IMG/VR virus record: IMGVR_UViG_3300023174_000063
Length of the DNA: 64,000 bases
Direction: 5' to 3' (one strand)
Source: a virus
Shown one piece after another: positions 20,211-30,394 of the stretch. How positions within the stretch are numbered: the stretch's first letter is position 1; the number at the start of each line of letters is the position of its first letter. The notes below the pieces were generated by a model. It worked only from the letters and a program-made list of their open reading frames with translations, did no database searches and was not told the origin of the DNA. Made by a program: the position numbers and the translations under genes.

Positions 20211-23200
20211 ATGAGTTTTCGATGTCTACATATGAGCGATATTCACTGGCGTGGCCTTACACGACACGAAGAGTATAAAGAGGCTTTTGTACGCCTAATT
20301 GACAAGGCTAAAAATCTCTCTCCAGATGTAATTTTCATCGGCGGTGATATTGTTCACTCCAAGACACAGGGTATTTCTCCTGAGCTCATTGACTGCCTGA
20401 ACTGGTGGTTCACCAGCATGGCAGAAGTTTGCCCAGTCCACGTTGTGCTTGGGAATCATGACGGTTTGCTTATGAACAAAGATCGTCAAGATGCAATTAC
20501 GCCTATCATTAGAGCACTAGCAAATCCAAATATTTTTCTTTACAAAGATTCCGGAACGTACCCGACAGGCATTAAAGGCTACAACTGGTGTGTTTTCTCA
20601 TGCTTCGATGTCGAAGGCTGGTCAAATGTCAAGCCTGTTGCCGGAGAAGTCAATATTGCAACTTTCCACGGATCCGTTCGAGGCTCGCTGTCTGATCTAG
20701 ACTGGGCGGTTGAAGATGAAGTTGATGTCGACTTCTTTGGTGCATTTGACTTTGCAATGCTCGGTGACATCCATAAATTTCAGTTTCTTAATGGAAAAAA
20801 GACAATTGCCTATCCTGGTTCTCTAATTCAACAAAATTACGGTGAATCTGTTACAAAGGGCTTTCTTTTTTGGGATATTAAGGGGCCAAATGACTTTGAT
20901 GTCACATTTCATGAACTCGCAAATGAATATCCTTTCATAACAATTGATTGGTCTGGCGACACAGATGCGACAATCGCAGAATCTAAAAAATATCCAGATC
21001 GTGCGCGCTTTAGAGTTAGGACACTAGTCCCTATTACACAAGCAGAAATAAAACTTCTGTACAGTTCGCTTAAGGACCTTAAACATGCGACAGAGATTGT
21101 GTTTAAGAGTGAGATGCAAGTTGACGCATCAGTTTTTCAAACAGACAGAGGAATACTTCGAGCACAAGATCTACGTGATGTAAATACACAGATTTCTTTG
21201 ATGCGTGACTTCTATAAAGACGTCAAGATTAATGATGAAGAGAGGAATAGAATCGATGCGCTAGTCCAGCGTTACACTCAGTCTGCTTCAAAGTCTGATA
21301 CAACAAGAAACATTAAGTGGTCAATTAAGAAGCTTGAATTTGATAATATGTTTGCATATGGCAAAGGCAATGTTATCAATTTTGATGACTTGAATGGTGT
21401 CACCGGTATTTTTGGCAGAAATAGAGCAGGAAAGTCATCAATTCCCGGGACGCTCATGTATACGCTCTTCAATACGACCGATCGTGGCCCGATGAGCAAT
21501 CTACATGTCATCAATTCTCGCAAAGGACATTGCCAAACAAAGCTTACACTTAGCGCAGATGGAAAAAATTACGTCGTCGAACGCCAATCAGTCAAGAAGA
21601 CCAATAAGGCAGGTGATGAAAGCGCTTTGACGCATGTCAATCTCTATGAAGTCGATAATATGGGTAACTGTATTAAAGATCTAAACGGTGAGCAGCGTCG
21701 CGAAACAGATACACTTCTGCGATCTATCGTTGGAACGTCTGAGGACTTTTTGCTTACTTCCTTGGCCGCGCAAGGAAGCATGAATAACTTTATTTCCAAC
21801 AAGGCAACACAGCGCAAGTCTATCTTGACAAAGTTTCTTGATCTCGAGATATTTGATGAGATGCATTCACGTGCCAAGGAGGACTCAAGCGTCATCAAGG
21901 CAAAACTTTCTGACATCCCTGATCGTAATTGGGATGCACTGATTGATGCGTGTCGGCAGCGTCGTGATGACTTTGAAGTCCAAAGATCTTCGCTCGAGGC
22001 AAAAATTGCAACTCTTCGAAGTCACCTAGATGAAATTAAAATACAGCATGCCACCAGCGACAGCAAGAATGTTGTCACGCAAGCAGATATTGAAGGACAA
22101 GAGAAGTTAATCGAGGGACTTGTGCTTTCGATTGCAGGACAAGAAAAATTAATTGCCGATTCTCTAGAGCAGATTAACAAGCTCAATGATAAAATTAATA
22201 CCATCGCAAAAATGAAGAGTGAATTTCCTATCAAGGATTTGCGTGATCGTTTATCTGCGCAGCAAGATCTAGAAAGAACGATTGTTTCACTTAGTCACTC
22301 TCACGAAAGTGAAAAGCAGAAGCTAAAGACGATTGAGAAGTCTATTAAGCTTCTTGATGAAGTGCCGTGCGGAGATAGCTTCCCAACATGTAAATTCATC
22401 AAGGACTCGCATAAAAACAAGAAGTCATTGCCCGATCAGATACGTCACGTTGATGAGACGCTTGACAAGCTCAAGGCTGCAAAGAAATCTTTGACAGTGC
22501 TGCAGTCAGAAGATTTGGTTTCTCGTCTAGAGAAATATGATGAGATCCTCAAAAAAGAGACAGATATGCACATAAAGTCCGGACGACTCAACTTGGACTT
22601 ACAGACATTTACCCAGCAGCTTTCTTCTATGAATCACACTCTTGAGGAATCTAGAAGAAAACTCACGACAATGAGGCTCAACGTTGCAACTGAAGAGACA
22701 GCTGTAAAGATTTCGAGTGTTCGACGTGAAATTCAGCGTCTTACAGATGAAATGAATTCTTTTGATGCACAGCGACTCAAAGTGTCTGAGCAGATCGGTC
22801 AAAACGAGTCAGATATTTTAAGATACGAAGCCGAGAGAGTCAAGTACAGTGATCTTATTGTGCAATGGCGGGCTTATGAGCTCTTCATTGAAGCTGTATC
22901 ACATCGCGGCATTCCCTTGAAGATTATGTCAACCCAGCTGCCTGTTATCAACTTGGAAATTTCAAAAATTTTGCAAGGAGTTGTTGGTTTTACAGTTGAG
23001 CTTGAGTCAACTCCCGGCACTAACGACATGGAAATTTACATTAATTACGGCGATTCTAGGCGAGTAATTGAGTGCGGATCAGGAATGGAAAAGATGATGG
23101 CTTCACTGGCTATTCGTGTTGCTCTAATTAATATATCGTCTCTTCCCCGCGCCGACCTCTTGATTATCGATGAAGGTTTTGGCGCTCTTGATGAAACAAA

Positions 23201-23360
23201 TGTTGAATCCTGTAATCGATTGCTAGCATCTTTCAAGAAGTGGTTTAGAAATATTTTGGTAATCTCTCACGTTGATGCTGTAAAAGATGCTGTTGACAAT
23301 GTTTTAGATATTACGCATCACAATATGGACTCTAGAATTATTTATGAAAAAAATATCTAA
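20211..23360 (+). CDS. Fused Mre11/SbcD nuclease - Rad50/SbcC ATPase (T4 gp47+gp46-like)
   Basis: SDIH, GGDIVH, GNHD and LGDIH metallophosphoesterase motifs; Walker A GRNRAGKSS; long coiled coil; GSGMEK signature; Walker B IIDEGFGALD; ISH. Confidence 0.9.
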   Translation: MSFRCLHMSDIHWRGLTRHEEYKEAFVRLIDKAKNLSPDVIFIGGDIVHSKTQGISPELIDCLNWWFTSMAEVCPVHVVLGNHDGLLMNKDRQDAITPIIRALANPNIFLYKDSGTYPTGIKGYNWCVFSCFDVEGWSNVKPVAGEVNIATFHGSVRGSLSDLDWAVEDEVDVDFFGAFDFAMLGDIHKFQFLNGKKTIAYPGSLIQQNYGESVTKGFLFWDIKGPNDFDVTFHELANEYPFITIDWSGDTDATIAESKKYPDRARFRVRTLVPITQAEIKLLYSSLKDLKHATEIVFKSEMQVDASVFQTDRGILRAQDLRDVNTQISLMRDFYKDVKINDEERNRIDALVQRYTQSASKSDTTRNIKWSIKKLEFDNMFAYGKGNVINFDDLNGVTGIFGRNRAGKSSIPGTLMYTLFNTTDRGPMSNLHVINSRKGHCQTKLTLSADGKNYVVERQSVKKTNKAGDESALTHVNLYEVDNMGNCIKDLNGEQRRETDTLLRSIVGTSEDFLLTSLAAQGSMNNFISNKATQRKSILTKFLDLEIFDEMHSRAKEDSSVIKAKLSDIPDRNWDALIDACRQRRDDFEVQRSSLEAKIATLRSHLDEIKIQHATSDSKNVVTQADIEGQEKLIEGLVLSIAGQEKLIADSLEQINKLNDKINTIAKMKSEFPIKDLRDRLSAQQDLERTIVSLSHSHESEKQKLKTIEKSIKLLDEVPCGDSFPTCKFIKDSHKNKKSLPDQIRHVDETLDKLKAAKKSLTVLQSEDLVSRLEKYDEILKKETDMHIKSGRLNLDLQTFTQQLSSMNHTLEESRRKLTTMRLNVATEETAVKISSVRREIQRLTDEMNSFDAQRLKVSEQIGQNESDILRYEAERVKYSDLIVQWRAYELFIEAVSHRGIPLKIMSTQLPVINLEISKILQGVVGFTVELESTPGTNDMEIYINYGDSRRVIECGSGMEKMMASLAIRVALINISSLPRADLLIIDEGFGALDETNVESCNRLLASFKKWFRNILVISHVDAVKDAVDNVLDITHHNMDSRIIYEKNI

Positions 23361-23625
23361 TCGCATCGATAGTTTAACGCCTCAAGATGATGATGTAGTT
23401 CCACTAGACTGCCCAGTCTGTCTCCTTCTCATGAGAGATGCATCTGATGCAAATGCTTTTAGGGCGTTTTCTTGCTGTGCAGAGTGTAAATTAATTTGGG
23501 CAGAGCCAAATGAAAAAATTTGGCTAGAAGGGTGGCGACCAAGTGTTGAGCAGCTCAATAATTATAGACACAAACTAAATCAACATCCTACATATTTATT
23601 GAGCAGTAATTTCAGGAGTCAATAA
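23344..23625 (+). CDS. Small Cys-rich hypothetical protein
   Basis: CPVC...CCAEC; overlaps both neighbours. Confidence 0.55.
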   Translation: MKKISNRIDSLTPQDDDVVPLDCPVCLLLMRDASDANAFRAFSCCAECKLIWAEPNEKIWLEGWRPSVEQLNNYRHKLNQHPTYLLSSNFRSQ

Positions 23626-24032
23626 TGCAAAGCGATTTAGAGGTTTTAAGCACAATACTTAATACTACGTTTGGTAAGTCATCGTCTAATAGCGGAACAA
23701 GGTCGATAACAGCATCTTTTAAGGGTGGTGAGGATGGATCACCTGAGCTAAGTCTTCGCTTCCAGACAATTTTTCACTTTGCTGCAGCTGACAAATATCG
23801 ACAGCAGCATACTTTGCGTGAACAAACAAATCGCGCGATTGATGAGGCTGCGCAGCTTGTCAATGAAAGAGTCAAAACGCTTAAGTCGCTCTTTAAAGAG
23901 ATTACCGGCAAAAATCTTAAGATCAAAGAGATTGATTATAGCGACAACGTTGAATTTTTGCCAAGCACAATGCAAGCTCAAAGAAAAACTGCATATTATC
24001 GAAGAACGTACAGGTTTAGCATTTTGAGCTAA
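23625..24032 (+). CDS. Hypothetical protein immediately upstream of the terminase
   Basis: AGGAG RBS; ATATTTA motif at 23592; coupled to the terminase start. Confidence 0.6.
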   Translation: MQSDLEVLSTILNTTFGKSSSNSGTRSITASFKGGEDGSPELSLRFQTIFHFAAADKYRQQHTLREQTNRAIDEAAQLVNERVKTLKSLFKEITGKNLKIKEIDYSDNVEFLPSTMQAQRKTAYYRRTYRFSILS

Positions 24033-24033
24033 T

Positions 24034-25623
24034 ATGACAATTATTTCAAAGCAGCACCAGGTTTCTGAAATTATTCGCTGCGGCAAAGATCCAGCGTATT
24101 TCATGAACAGGTACCTGAAAATTCAGCACCCAACGCGCGGTCTGATTCCGTTTAAAACGTATAAATTTCAGGATGATTGCGTTCAATCATTTAATGATCA
24201 TCGCTTTAATATCATACTCAAGTCTAGACAGCTAGGTCTTTCTACGCTTGTAGCAGCATATGCAATCTGGATGGCTGTTTTCTTTAAAGAAAAAAATATC
24301 CTAGTAATTGCCACAAAACTTTCTGTTGCACAAAACTTTATTAAAAAAATTAAAGTTGGTGTTCGCAATATGCCTAAATGGCTCTTGCTACCAGAAATTA
24401 TTGGAGATAATAAGCAGGCACTAGAATTTAGTAATGGCTCAAGCATCAAGGCCGTGCCTACATCAGATGACGCTGGTCGCTCAGAAGCTCTTTCTCTCCT
24501 GATTATTGATGAGGCGGCGTTCATTAGGAACTTTGATGAAATTTTTACCGGTCTCTATCCGACACTTTCAACCGGCGGTCGCGCGATTATTTTGTCGACG
24601 CCTAACGGTGTCGGTGGGCAGTACCATGAGCTTTGGGTTAATGCTATTTCAAAAAAGAATGAGTTTAATCCAGTCAAGTTGCCATGGGATGTACATCCAG
24701 ACAGGGATGATGCATGGTTTGAAAATGAATGTAAAAATCTAACTAAGAAACAAATTGCGCAAGAGCTTCTTTGTGACTTTGCAGCATCAGGTGATACTGT
24801 TCTTAACATCAATGATATTGAGTGGCTTGGAGCAAATATTAAGCGGCCGCTCGAACGGTGGGGCCCTGAAATGGATGCTTGGGTATGGAAATACTCTCTT
24901 GCGTCGCATCAGTACATTATTTCTGCAGATGTTTCACGTGGTGATGCAAATGACTGCAGTACATTTCATGTAATTGACACTGGCGAGTCTGAAGTCGTCT
25001 GTGAGTTTAAGGGGCGAGCGCCCCCTGATCAATTTGCTTCTATTCTTGCTGAGGCGGGCAAAAGATACAATAACGCACTGATTTGTCCAGAAAACAACAC
25101 ATTTGGTTATGCGGTCATCATGAAGCTCAAAGAGCTTGGCTATAAGAATCTCTACTATAGAAATGAAAAAGACAAGTATAATGCGCTCTACGGTGGCGAA
25201 GTAGACATTTCTAAAATAGGATTTTCGACTCAAGCACAATCTAGAAATCAAATTTTGACAAAGCTCGAGCAAGTCATTAGAAATAGAGAAATTAAGACAT
25301 ATTCATCTAGGCTCTATGAAGAAGCTAAAACATTTGTCTGGCATGGTAATAAAGCGCAGGCGCACAAAGGCTTTAATGATGACTTAATCATGTCTTTAGC
25401 AATTGGCGTCTGGATTTATGAAACGTCTCCAGTAAATAGCAAGTCATCATATGACATTAACAAGGCAATGTTACAGGGCTTTGCCGTCAATAGCACACAA
25501 GATATCCCGAAGAACCCATTGTCAGGTTACAGGAACAATCCATTTGCACCTGTCTTTGTAGAAAATATTCCCAACAAAGGTGATAAAAAATCAGAACTTA
25601 ATGATTTTAAGTGGCTCCTTTGA
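24034..25623 (+). CDS. terL: Terminase large subunit (T4 gp17-like)
   Basis: KSRQLGLST, Walker B LLIIDEAAFI, LSTPNG coupling motif, nuclease ISADVSRG and DDLIMSLAI. Confidence 0.95.
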   Translation: MTIISKQHQVSEIIRCGKDPAYFMNRYLKIQHPTRGLIPFKTYKFQDDCVQSFNDHRFNIILKSRQLGLSTLVAAYAIWMAVFFKEKNILVIATKLSVAQNFIKKIKVGVRNMPKWLLLPEIIGDNKQALEFSNGSSIKAVPTSDDAGRSEALSLLIIDEAAFIRNFDEIFTGLYPTLSTGGRAIILSTPNGVGGQYHELWVNAISKKNEFNPVKLPWDVHPDRDDAWFENECKNLTKKQIAQELLCDFAASGDTVLNINDIEWLGANIKRPLERWGPEMDAWVWKYSLASHQYIISADVSRGDANDCSTFHVIDTGESEVVCEFKGRAPPDQFASILAEAGKRYNNALICPENNTFGYAVIMKLKELGYKNLYYRNEKDKYNALYGGEVDISKIGFSTQAQSRNQILTKLEQVIRNREIKTYSSRLYEEAKTFVWHGNKAQAHKGFNDDLIMSLAIGVWIYETSPVNSKSSYDINKAMLQGFAVNSTQDIPKNPLSGYRNNPFAPVFVENIPNKGDKKSELNDFKWLL

Positions 25624-25691
25624 TGACTATTTAAAAATTACTGTATGCGATATATTATTAAAGCAATATGAGCTAAAGGTGGTGGCATGTC

Positions 25692-27749
25692 ATGAAAAAA
25701 GAGAGAAGTTTATTTTCACGTCTTACGAAGCTCTTTCGTTCAGGACCTGTCGTCAAGAGGAAGATTAGAAATCCTGAAAGCAAATCTTCATCATTTGCCT
25801 CGACGCTAGAGATCTTTAAGCGATCTCACAGCGACGTCTATAGCAGCACGCTTTCGGCATACGGCTCCTACGATAGAATGTCTCGATACAGCGACTTTGC
25901 CGAAATGGAGGCGACGCCTGAGATTTCTTCTGCGCTAGACATATATGCAGAAGAATGTGCCGCAGCAGACGACAAAGGTCGTGTTTTACACATCTATTCA
26001 GACAACAGAAAAATTAAAGAAATCCTTGAGACGTTGTTTCATGACACGCTAAACATTGAATTCAATCTTTCGATGTGGGTCAGAAACCTCTGCAAGTACG
26101 GTGATTTCTTCCTTTTCAATGATGTACACCCTGAGTATGGCGTGACTAATGCCTACCCAATTCCTATTTCAGAGATGGAAAGAGAAGAGGGTTTTGACAA
26201 GGATGACCCGTCTGCCGTTAGATTTCGTTGGATTTCTCAAGGAAATCAAGTCTTAGAAAACTGGCAAGTCACTCATATGCGCCTTTTAGGCAATGATGCA
26301 TTTTTGCCATACGGTTCATCTGTTCTAGAGGGAGCAAGAAGAATTTGGCGTCAATTGATTCTTATTGAAGACGCCATGCTTGTCTATCGTGTCGTTAGGT
26401 CGCCAGACAGAAGAGTCTTCTATATTGATGTCGGTAATGTCCCCCCAGAAGAGGTTGGAAATTATTTGGAGCAGGCTAAGACGGCACTTAAGCGTAATCA
26501 GATTATTGATAGAAATTCTGGAAGAGTTGACTTGCGCTACAATCCCATGAGCGTCGACGAAGATTACTACTTGCCTGTCAGAGGAAGTGAATCTGGAACA
26601 AAAATTGATACTCTTGCAGGCGGCACAAATGCTGCTGCAATTGAAGATGTTCAATATATCCAGAAAAAGCTTTTTTCTGCGCTCAAAATTCCAAAAGCAT
26701 ATCTTGGATATGATGAAGATATTGGCGCCAAAGCTACATTAGCTCAAGAAGACATTAGATTTTCTAGAACAATTGCGCGTATTCAGAAGACAATTATTGC
26801 TGAATTAAACAAGATTGCAATGATTCATCTTTATATTAATGGTTACGACAGTGAAGATCTTGTTGATTTTGAGTTAAGACTCTCAAATCCCTCGTCTATC
26901 GCACAGCAGCAAAAGCTAGAATTGATTAAAATGAGATTTGAAATAGCAAGCGGTGCACCCGAAGGTCTTGTGAGCAAGACTTACTTGCGCAAAAACATTC
27001 TAGAAATGACTGACGAGCAAATTGAGCAAATTCGCAAGGAGCGCATTAAAGACACAGATGAAGAAAAGGGCGTTGAAGTTGGAAGTCAAGCAGGGCCCGC
27101 AGGCTCTGAGGCTCCAGCTGATGCCGGCGGTGGCGCAACAGACATGTTCGGCGGTGGCGGTGGCGGTGGCGGCGAAGCGGCTCCAGCCGGTGGGGGTGAA
27201 GAAGCCGCCGGCGGAGACCTTTTCTCAGGCGCAGTTAAGCCAGGAGATCTCCTCAAGACCGCTCCTAAAAAACTAAGCATTGCTGCTGAATCACCCGCAG
27301 AACTCTTTGATGATGATGATGAATTAGATGAAGATGTTCTTATTAATGTCGACATTGATGACAAACCAATTAAGCCGACAAATAGAACACAACGTGGAGA
27401 AAAAGGCGGTCATGGGCGAAAGGGCGGCGAAAATAAATTAACAAGTGCAGTTAATGCAAAAGTTAATATTAGCGGCATGCTTAGAAATTCAACAAAGAAC
27501 GACAAAGATGTTTTTGGAATTTCAGGAAGCACATTTGAAGCTTTCGAAAGAGACCCATTTGATCAATTTCTAGAAAAAAGTGAATTTCAGCAGACAAGAA
27601 TGACAAGAGATGCAGAATCTTTGCTTCAGAAGATGAAAAATGGATTACGTTTGCAAAAGAAAGCCATACTTAGAGAAGGTAATGAGTCACATGAGAGACT
27701 TGAGAAGCTTCGTCTAATTGATCTCATAGGTGCCGGAGATGATGAATAA
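25692..27749 (+). CDS. Portal protein (T4 gp20-like) with long low-complexity C-terminal extension
   Basis: EDAMLVYRVVRSPDRRVFYIDVGNVP, EDYYLPVRG, KLFSALKIPKAYL and EDIRFSR. Confidence 0.95.
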   Translation: MKKERSLFSRLTKLFRSGPVVKRKIRNPESKSSSFASTLEIFKRSHSDVYSSTLSAYGSYDRMSRYSDFAEMEATPEISSALDIYAEECAAADDKGRVLHIYSDNRKIKEILETLFHDTLNIEFNLSMWVRNLCKYGDFFLFNDVHPEYGVTNAYPIPISEMEREEGFDKDDPSAVRFRWISQGNQVLENWQVTHMRLLGNDAFLPYGSSVLEGARRIWRQLILIEDAMLVYRVVRSPDRRVFYIDVGNVPPEEVGNYLEQAKTALKRNQIIDRNSGRVDLRYNPMSVDEDYYLPVRGSESGTKIDTLAGGTNAAAIEDVQYIQKKLFSALKIPKAYLGYDEDIGAKATLAQEDIRFSRTIARIQKTIIAELNKIAMIHLYINGYDSEDLVDFELRLSNPSSIAQQQKLELIKMRFEIASGAPEGLVSKTYLRKNILEMTDEQIEQIRKERIKDTDEEKGVEVGSQAGPAGSEAPADAGGGATDMFGGGGGGGGEAAPAGGGEEAAGGDLFSGAVKPGDLLKTAPKKLSIAAESPAELFDDDDELDEDVLINVDIDDKPIKPTNRTQRGEKGGHGRKGGENKLTSAVNAKVNISGMLRNSTKNDKDVFGISGSTFEAFERDPFDQFLEKSEFQQTRMTRDAESLLQKMKNGLRLQKKAILREGNESHERLEKLRLIDLIGAGDDE

Positions 27750-28596
27750 AAAAACAACGCATAACAAGAAGCGCAATGTTGGCATTATTTATGAGCAACT
27801 AATGCGAAAGATTTCAGAGCACATTGTCGATGGTGACAATGAAAGTGCAATTAAAGTTGTTAATATCGTTAAAAAACATTTTAAGCCAGGCACTGAGCTC
27901 TACAAAGAATTTCGTCTATTTAATGCTCTCGTAAAAACACAGGTTTCTTCTAGCGAAATTGCTGCTAAGATTCTTGTCGAAGCAAGAGAAGCTGCAAAAG
28001 ATCACAACAGTGTCAAATTAATGCAAGAAAAATCAAGACTTATCAAGGAAATTAATCACACAATTTCTAGTCGAGATTTCTACACAACAAGAGTTCCAGA
28101 GTACAGAACTTATGCAACAATTCAGACACTGATGAATGATTGGCGCGACACAAGGACTAGCGATATTTCTAGAATCGCGATTTTTGAAGACAAGATTCAC
28201 AGCTGGCTTCTTGAACCCAAGTCTAATTTAAATGTTAGCGAGCTTAAGACTGAAAATGTTGACAACCTCGTCGTAAGCGTAATGAGAGAAAAATTAAATA
28301 AAAAGTATGAGACTATTTTGACACCTAAGCAGATGGTTCTTGTTAAAGAGCATGCGCTGAGAGAGTCAAATGGTGATAATTTTACCAAATATCTTGGCAG
28401 CGTCATTAATGAGTCACTCAAGGGTCTCGCTGATTACAAGAGATCGTGCAAGAGCTCTTTTGTCGAGGCAAAAATTCCAGGAGTTACATCTCTAATTGAG
28501 TCATTAAATCCCGGCGATCACAGCGATGGAAATATTGCCAAGTTTATGACTGTTCTCAAGCTTTGTGACGAAATCACAGGGGGCAAAGATGAATAA
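27742..28596 (+). CDS. Hypothetical head-assembly protein
   Basis: HNKKRNVGIIYEQL; sits between portal and protease. ATGs at 27739/27742 overlap the portal stop; exact start uncertain. Confidence 0.6.
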   Translation: MNKKTTHNKKRNVGIIYEQLMRKISEHIVDGDNESAIKVVNIVKKHFKPGTELYKEFRLFNALVKTQVSSSEIAAKILVEAREAAKDHNSVKLMQEKSRLIKEINHTISSRDFYTTRVPEYRTYATIQTLMNDWRDTRTSDISRIAIFEDKIHSWLLEPKSNLNVSELKTENVDNLVVSVMREKLNKKYETILTPKQMVLVKEHALRESNGDNFTKYLGSVINESLKGLADYKRSCKSSFVEAKIPGVTSLIESLNPGDHSDGNIAKFMTVLKLCDEITGGKDE

Positions 28597-29194
28597 GCAG
28601 CTTTTAACAGAATGGCAAAACTTTGAGTATACAAAGGAGATGATTGCTGAGTCAAGGGAAAAGAACGCAGGCAAGATTATCCTTAAGGGAATATTGCAAA
28701 AGTCTGATACTTTGAATCAAAATGGCCGCATTTATCCTGAGCATATTCTTTCTAGAGAAGTTAGAAATTACCAGAAGTTTATTAATGAGAATCGCGCACT
28801 TGGTGAGTGTGATCACCCAGAAAGTTCTGTTGTCGAGCTTAAGAATGTCTCTCATATTGTAAGATCTGCTTACATGCAGGGCGGTATCTGTTACGGAACA
28901 GTTGAGCTATTAGATACACCGTCAGGCAAGATTCTTCAGAGCCTTGTTGAAAATGGAATTACACTGGGTATTTCATCTAGAGGTGTTGGGTCAACAAAGT
29001 CTTCTGGTGATCACCAAGTTGTGCAAGATGACTTTCAATTAATCTGCTGGGACTTTGTTAGTGAGCCTTCGACACCTGGCGCTTTCATGATGAAGGAAGG
29101 CCGTAGAATTTCCGAAAATGACTTAAAGCGTCACTTTACTAAGTCAGATAGAGTTGATAGAATTTTCAATGAAATTCTAACCTGGAAGGAATAA
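28589..29194 (+). CDS. Prohead protease (T4 gp21-like)
   Basis: NQNGRIYP, ALGECDHP, VSH, LGISSRGVGS and DFVSEPSTPGA. Confidence 0.95.
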   Translation: MNKQLLTEWQNFEYTKEMIAESREKNAGKIILKGILQKSDTLNQNGRIYPEHILSREVRNYQKFINENRALGECDHPESSVVELKNVSHIVRSAYMQGGICYGTVELLDTPSGKILQSLVENGITLGISSRGVGSTKSSGDHQVVQDDFQLICWDFVSEPSTPGAFMMKEGRRISENDLKRHFTKSDRVDRIFNEILTWKE

Positions 29195-29195
29195 A

Positions 29196-29564
29196 ATGGC
29201 TATTCAACACGTCTATTCAAACCACAATAATGCAGCCGAATACCAGGTGTCATCGATACCTTTCGTTAAAGCTTATTCAATAGGAGCAGGAAGCACACAA
29301 CACATAGAGCTTCCTTTTGTATCTAGATTTATTGTTGTCAGCACAGATGTAGAACTTAGATTAGGATTTAGTTCAGCAGGTGTTGCCGGCACTAATTATT
29401 TTATTGTTAAGGCAGGTACTTCACCTCGCCTAGAGATTAAATGTCGCGAATTTTGGTTAAAAAACAACACAGCAGGTGCAGCTACCTCTTCTGTTCTTGT
29501 AGGTGTTACAAATGTTCCACATAGCCAGTTTCCTATTTTGGATGGTATTGTAGGTATAGGATAA
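29196..29564 (+). CDS. Small beta-rich virion protein (possible head decoration)
   Basis: Beta-strand-rich 122-aa ORF directly after the protease. Confidence 0.45.
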   Translation: MAIQHVYSNHNNAAEYQVSSIPFVKAYSIGAGSTQHIELPFVSRFIVVSTDVELRLGFSSAGVAGTNYFIVKAGTSPRLEIKCREFWLKNNTAGAATSSVLVGVTNVPHSQFPILDGIVGIG

Positions 29565-29572
29565 TATCTGCT

Positions 29573-30025
29573 ATGACAAAAAGCGAACTAAAAAATATTG
29601 TCAAAGAGTGCCTTGTTGAAATTCTCAGTGAGGGAATTGGTTCTTCGAGCAGAATTGTTGAGGCAAAAAAAGAGATGCCTGTCACTGCAGCCAAAACTCA
29701 GGATAGAAGTATTCAAGAAATGCTAAAGATGAGGCAGACAATTGCCAATAAGACTCAGTTTGGTCAAAAACCAGCTAAGCAATCATCGGCGCCAACTGTC
29801 AATAATCTGGTTAAAAGCGTCACAAATGATGCAGTAATGGCTGCATTGTTTGCAGATACAGCTGAAACAACACTTCAAGAACAAATTGAAAATGATAGGC
29901 GAGTTCTCAAGGGCCATTCATTAGACAATGAAAATCATGATGATTCTCCCGTAGGTGGTTCAGGTTTTAGCGAAGAAATGGCAAAGCACTGGTCTGCACT
30001 TGCTTTTAATCAATCAAAAAAGTAA
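29573..30025 (+). CDS. Hypothetical head-region protein with leader helix
   Basis: MTKSELKNIVKECLVEILSEG N-terminus; C-terminal WSALAF resembles the scaffold end (WAVLAG). Confidence 0.6.
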   Translation: MTKSELKNIVKECLVEILSEGIGSSSRIVEAKKEMPVTAAKTQDRSIQEMLKMRQTIANKTQFGQKPAKQSSAPTVNNLVKSVTNDAVMAALFADTAETTLQEQIENDRRVLKGHSLDNENHDDSPVGGSGFSEEMAKHWSALAFNQSKK

Positions 30026-30095
30026 AAATAGTTTCCATTTATTGAGCGACAGCGATAAGTAATTTTAAGCACTTCGTTTTGGAGACATGTAAATT

Positions 30096-30374
30096 ATGCA
30101 CAAACTTTTGACACCACACGTACTTCGCAAAATTATTCTTGAGGAAAAAGCTCGACTTATGTCGGAAGGTGACCCGTTCATGGACGGCATCGAAGATGTT
30201 GAAAAAGTCAAGGCTGAAGAAGTTGATCCCGAAGATTTGGCCGACACTCTTGCAAAGGAGATCGATCACATCAAGGCTCTCAAGATTAAGGAGTCAAAGC
30301 TCCACAAGGAAGTTCAAGCAATTAGAGAAGCTCAGAATATACTGCGCAAGAGAGTCCTTAAGAGACTTTCATAA
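30096..30374 (+). CDS. Small charged head-region protein
   Basis: LTPHVLRKIILEE leader; C/G-ending codons like the capsid gene. Confidence 0.6.
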   Translation: MHKLLTPHVLRKIILEEKARLMSEGDPFMDGIEDVEKVKAEEVDPEDLADTLAKEIDHIKALKIKESKLHKEVQAIREAQNILRKRVLKRLS

Positions 30375-30394
30375 TACCCTAAAAGGAGACTCAT

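Noticed and set aside
23655-23661. Intragenic ATACTTA in ORF 23625
   Set aside because: No nearby RBS or start. Several chance copies of this 7-mer are expected in AT-rich DNA of this length.
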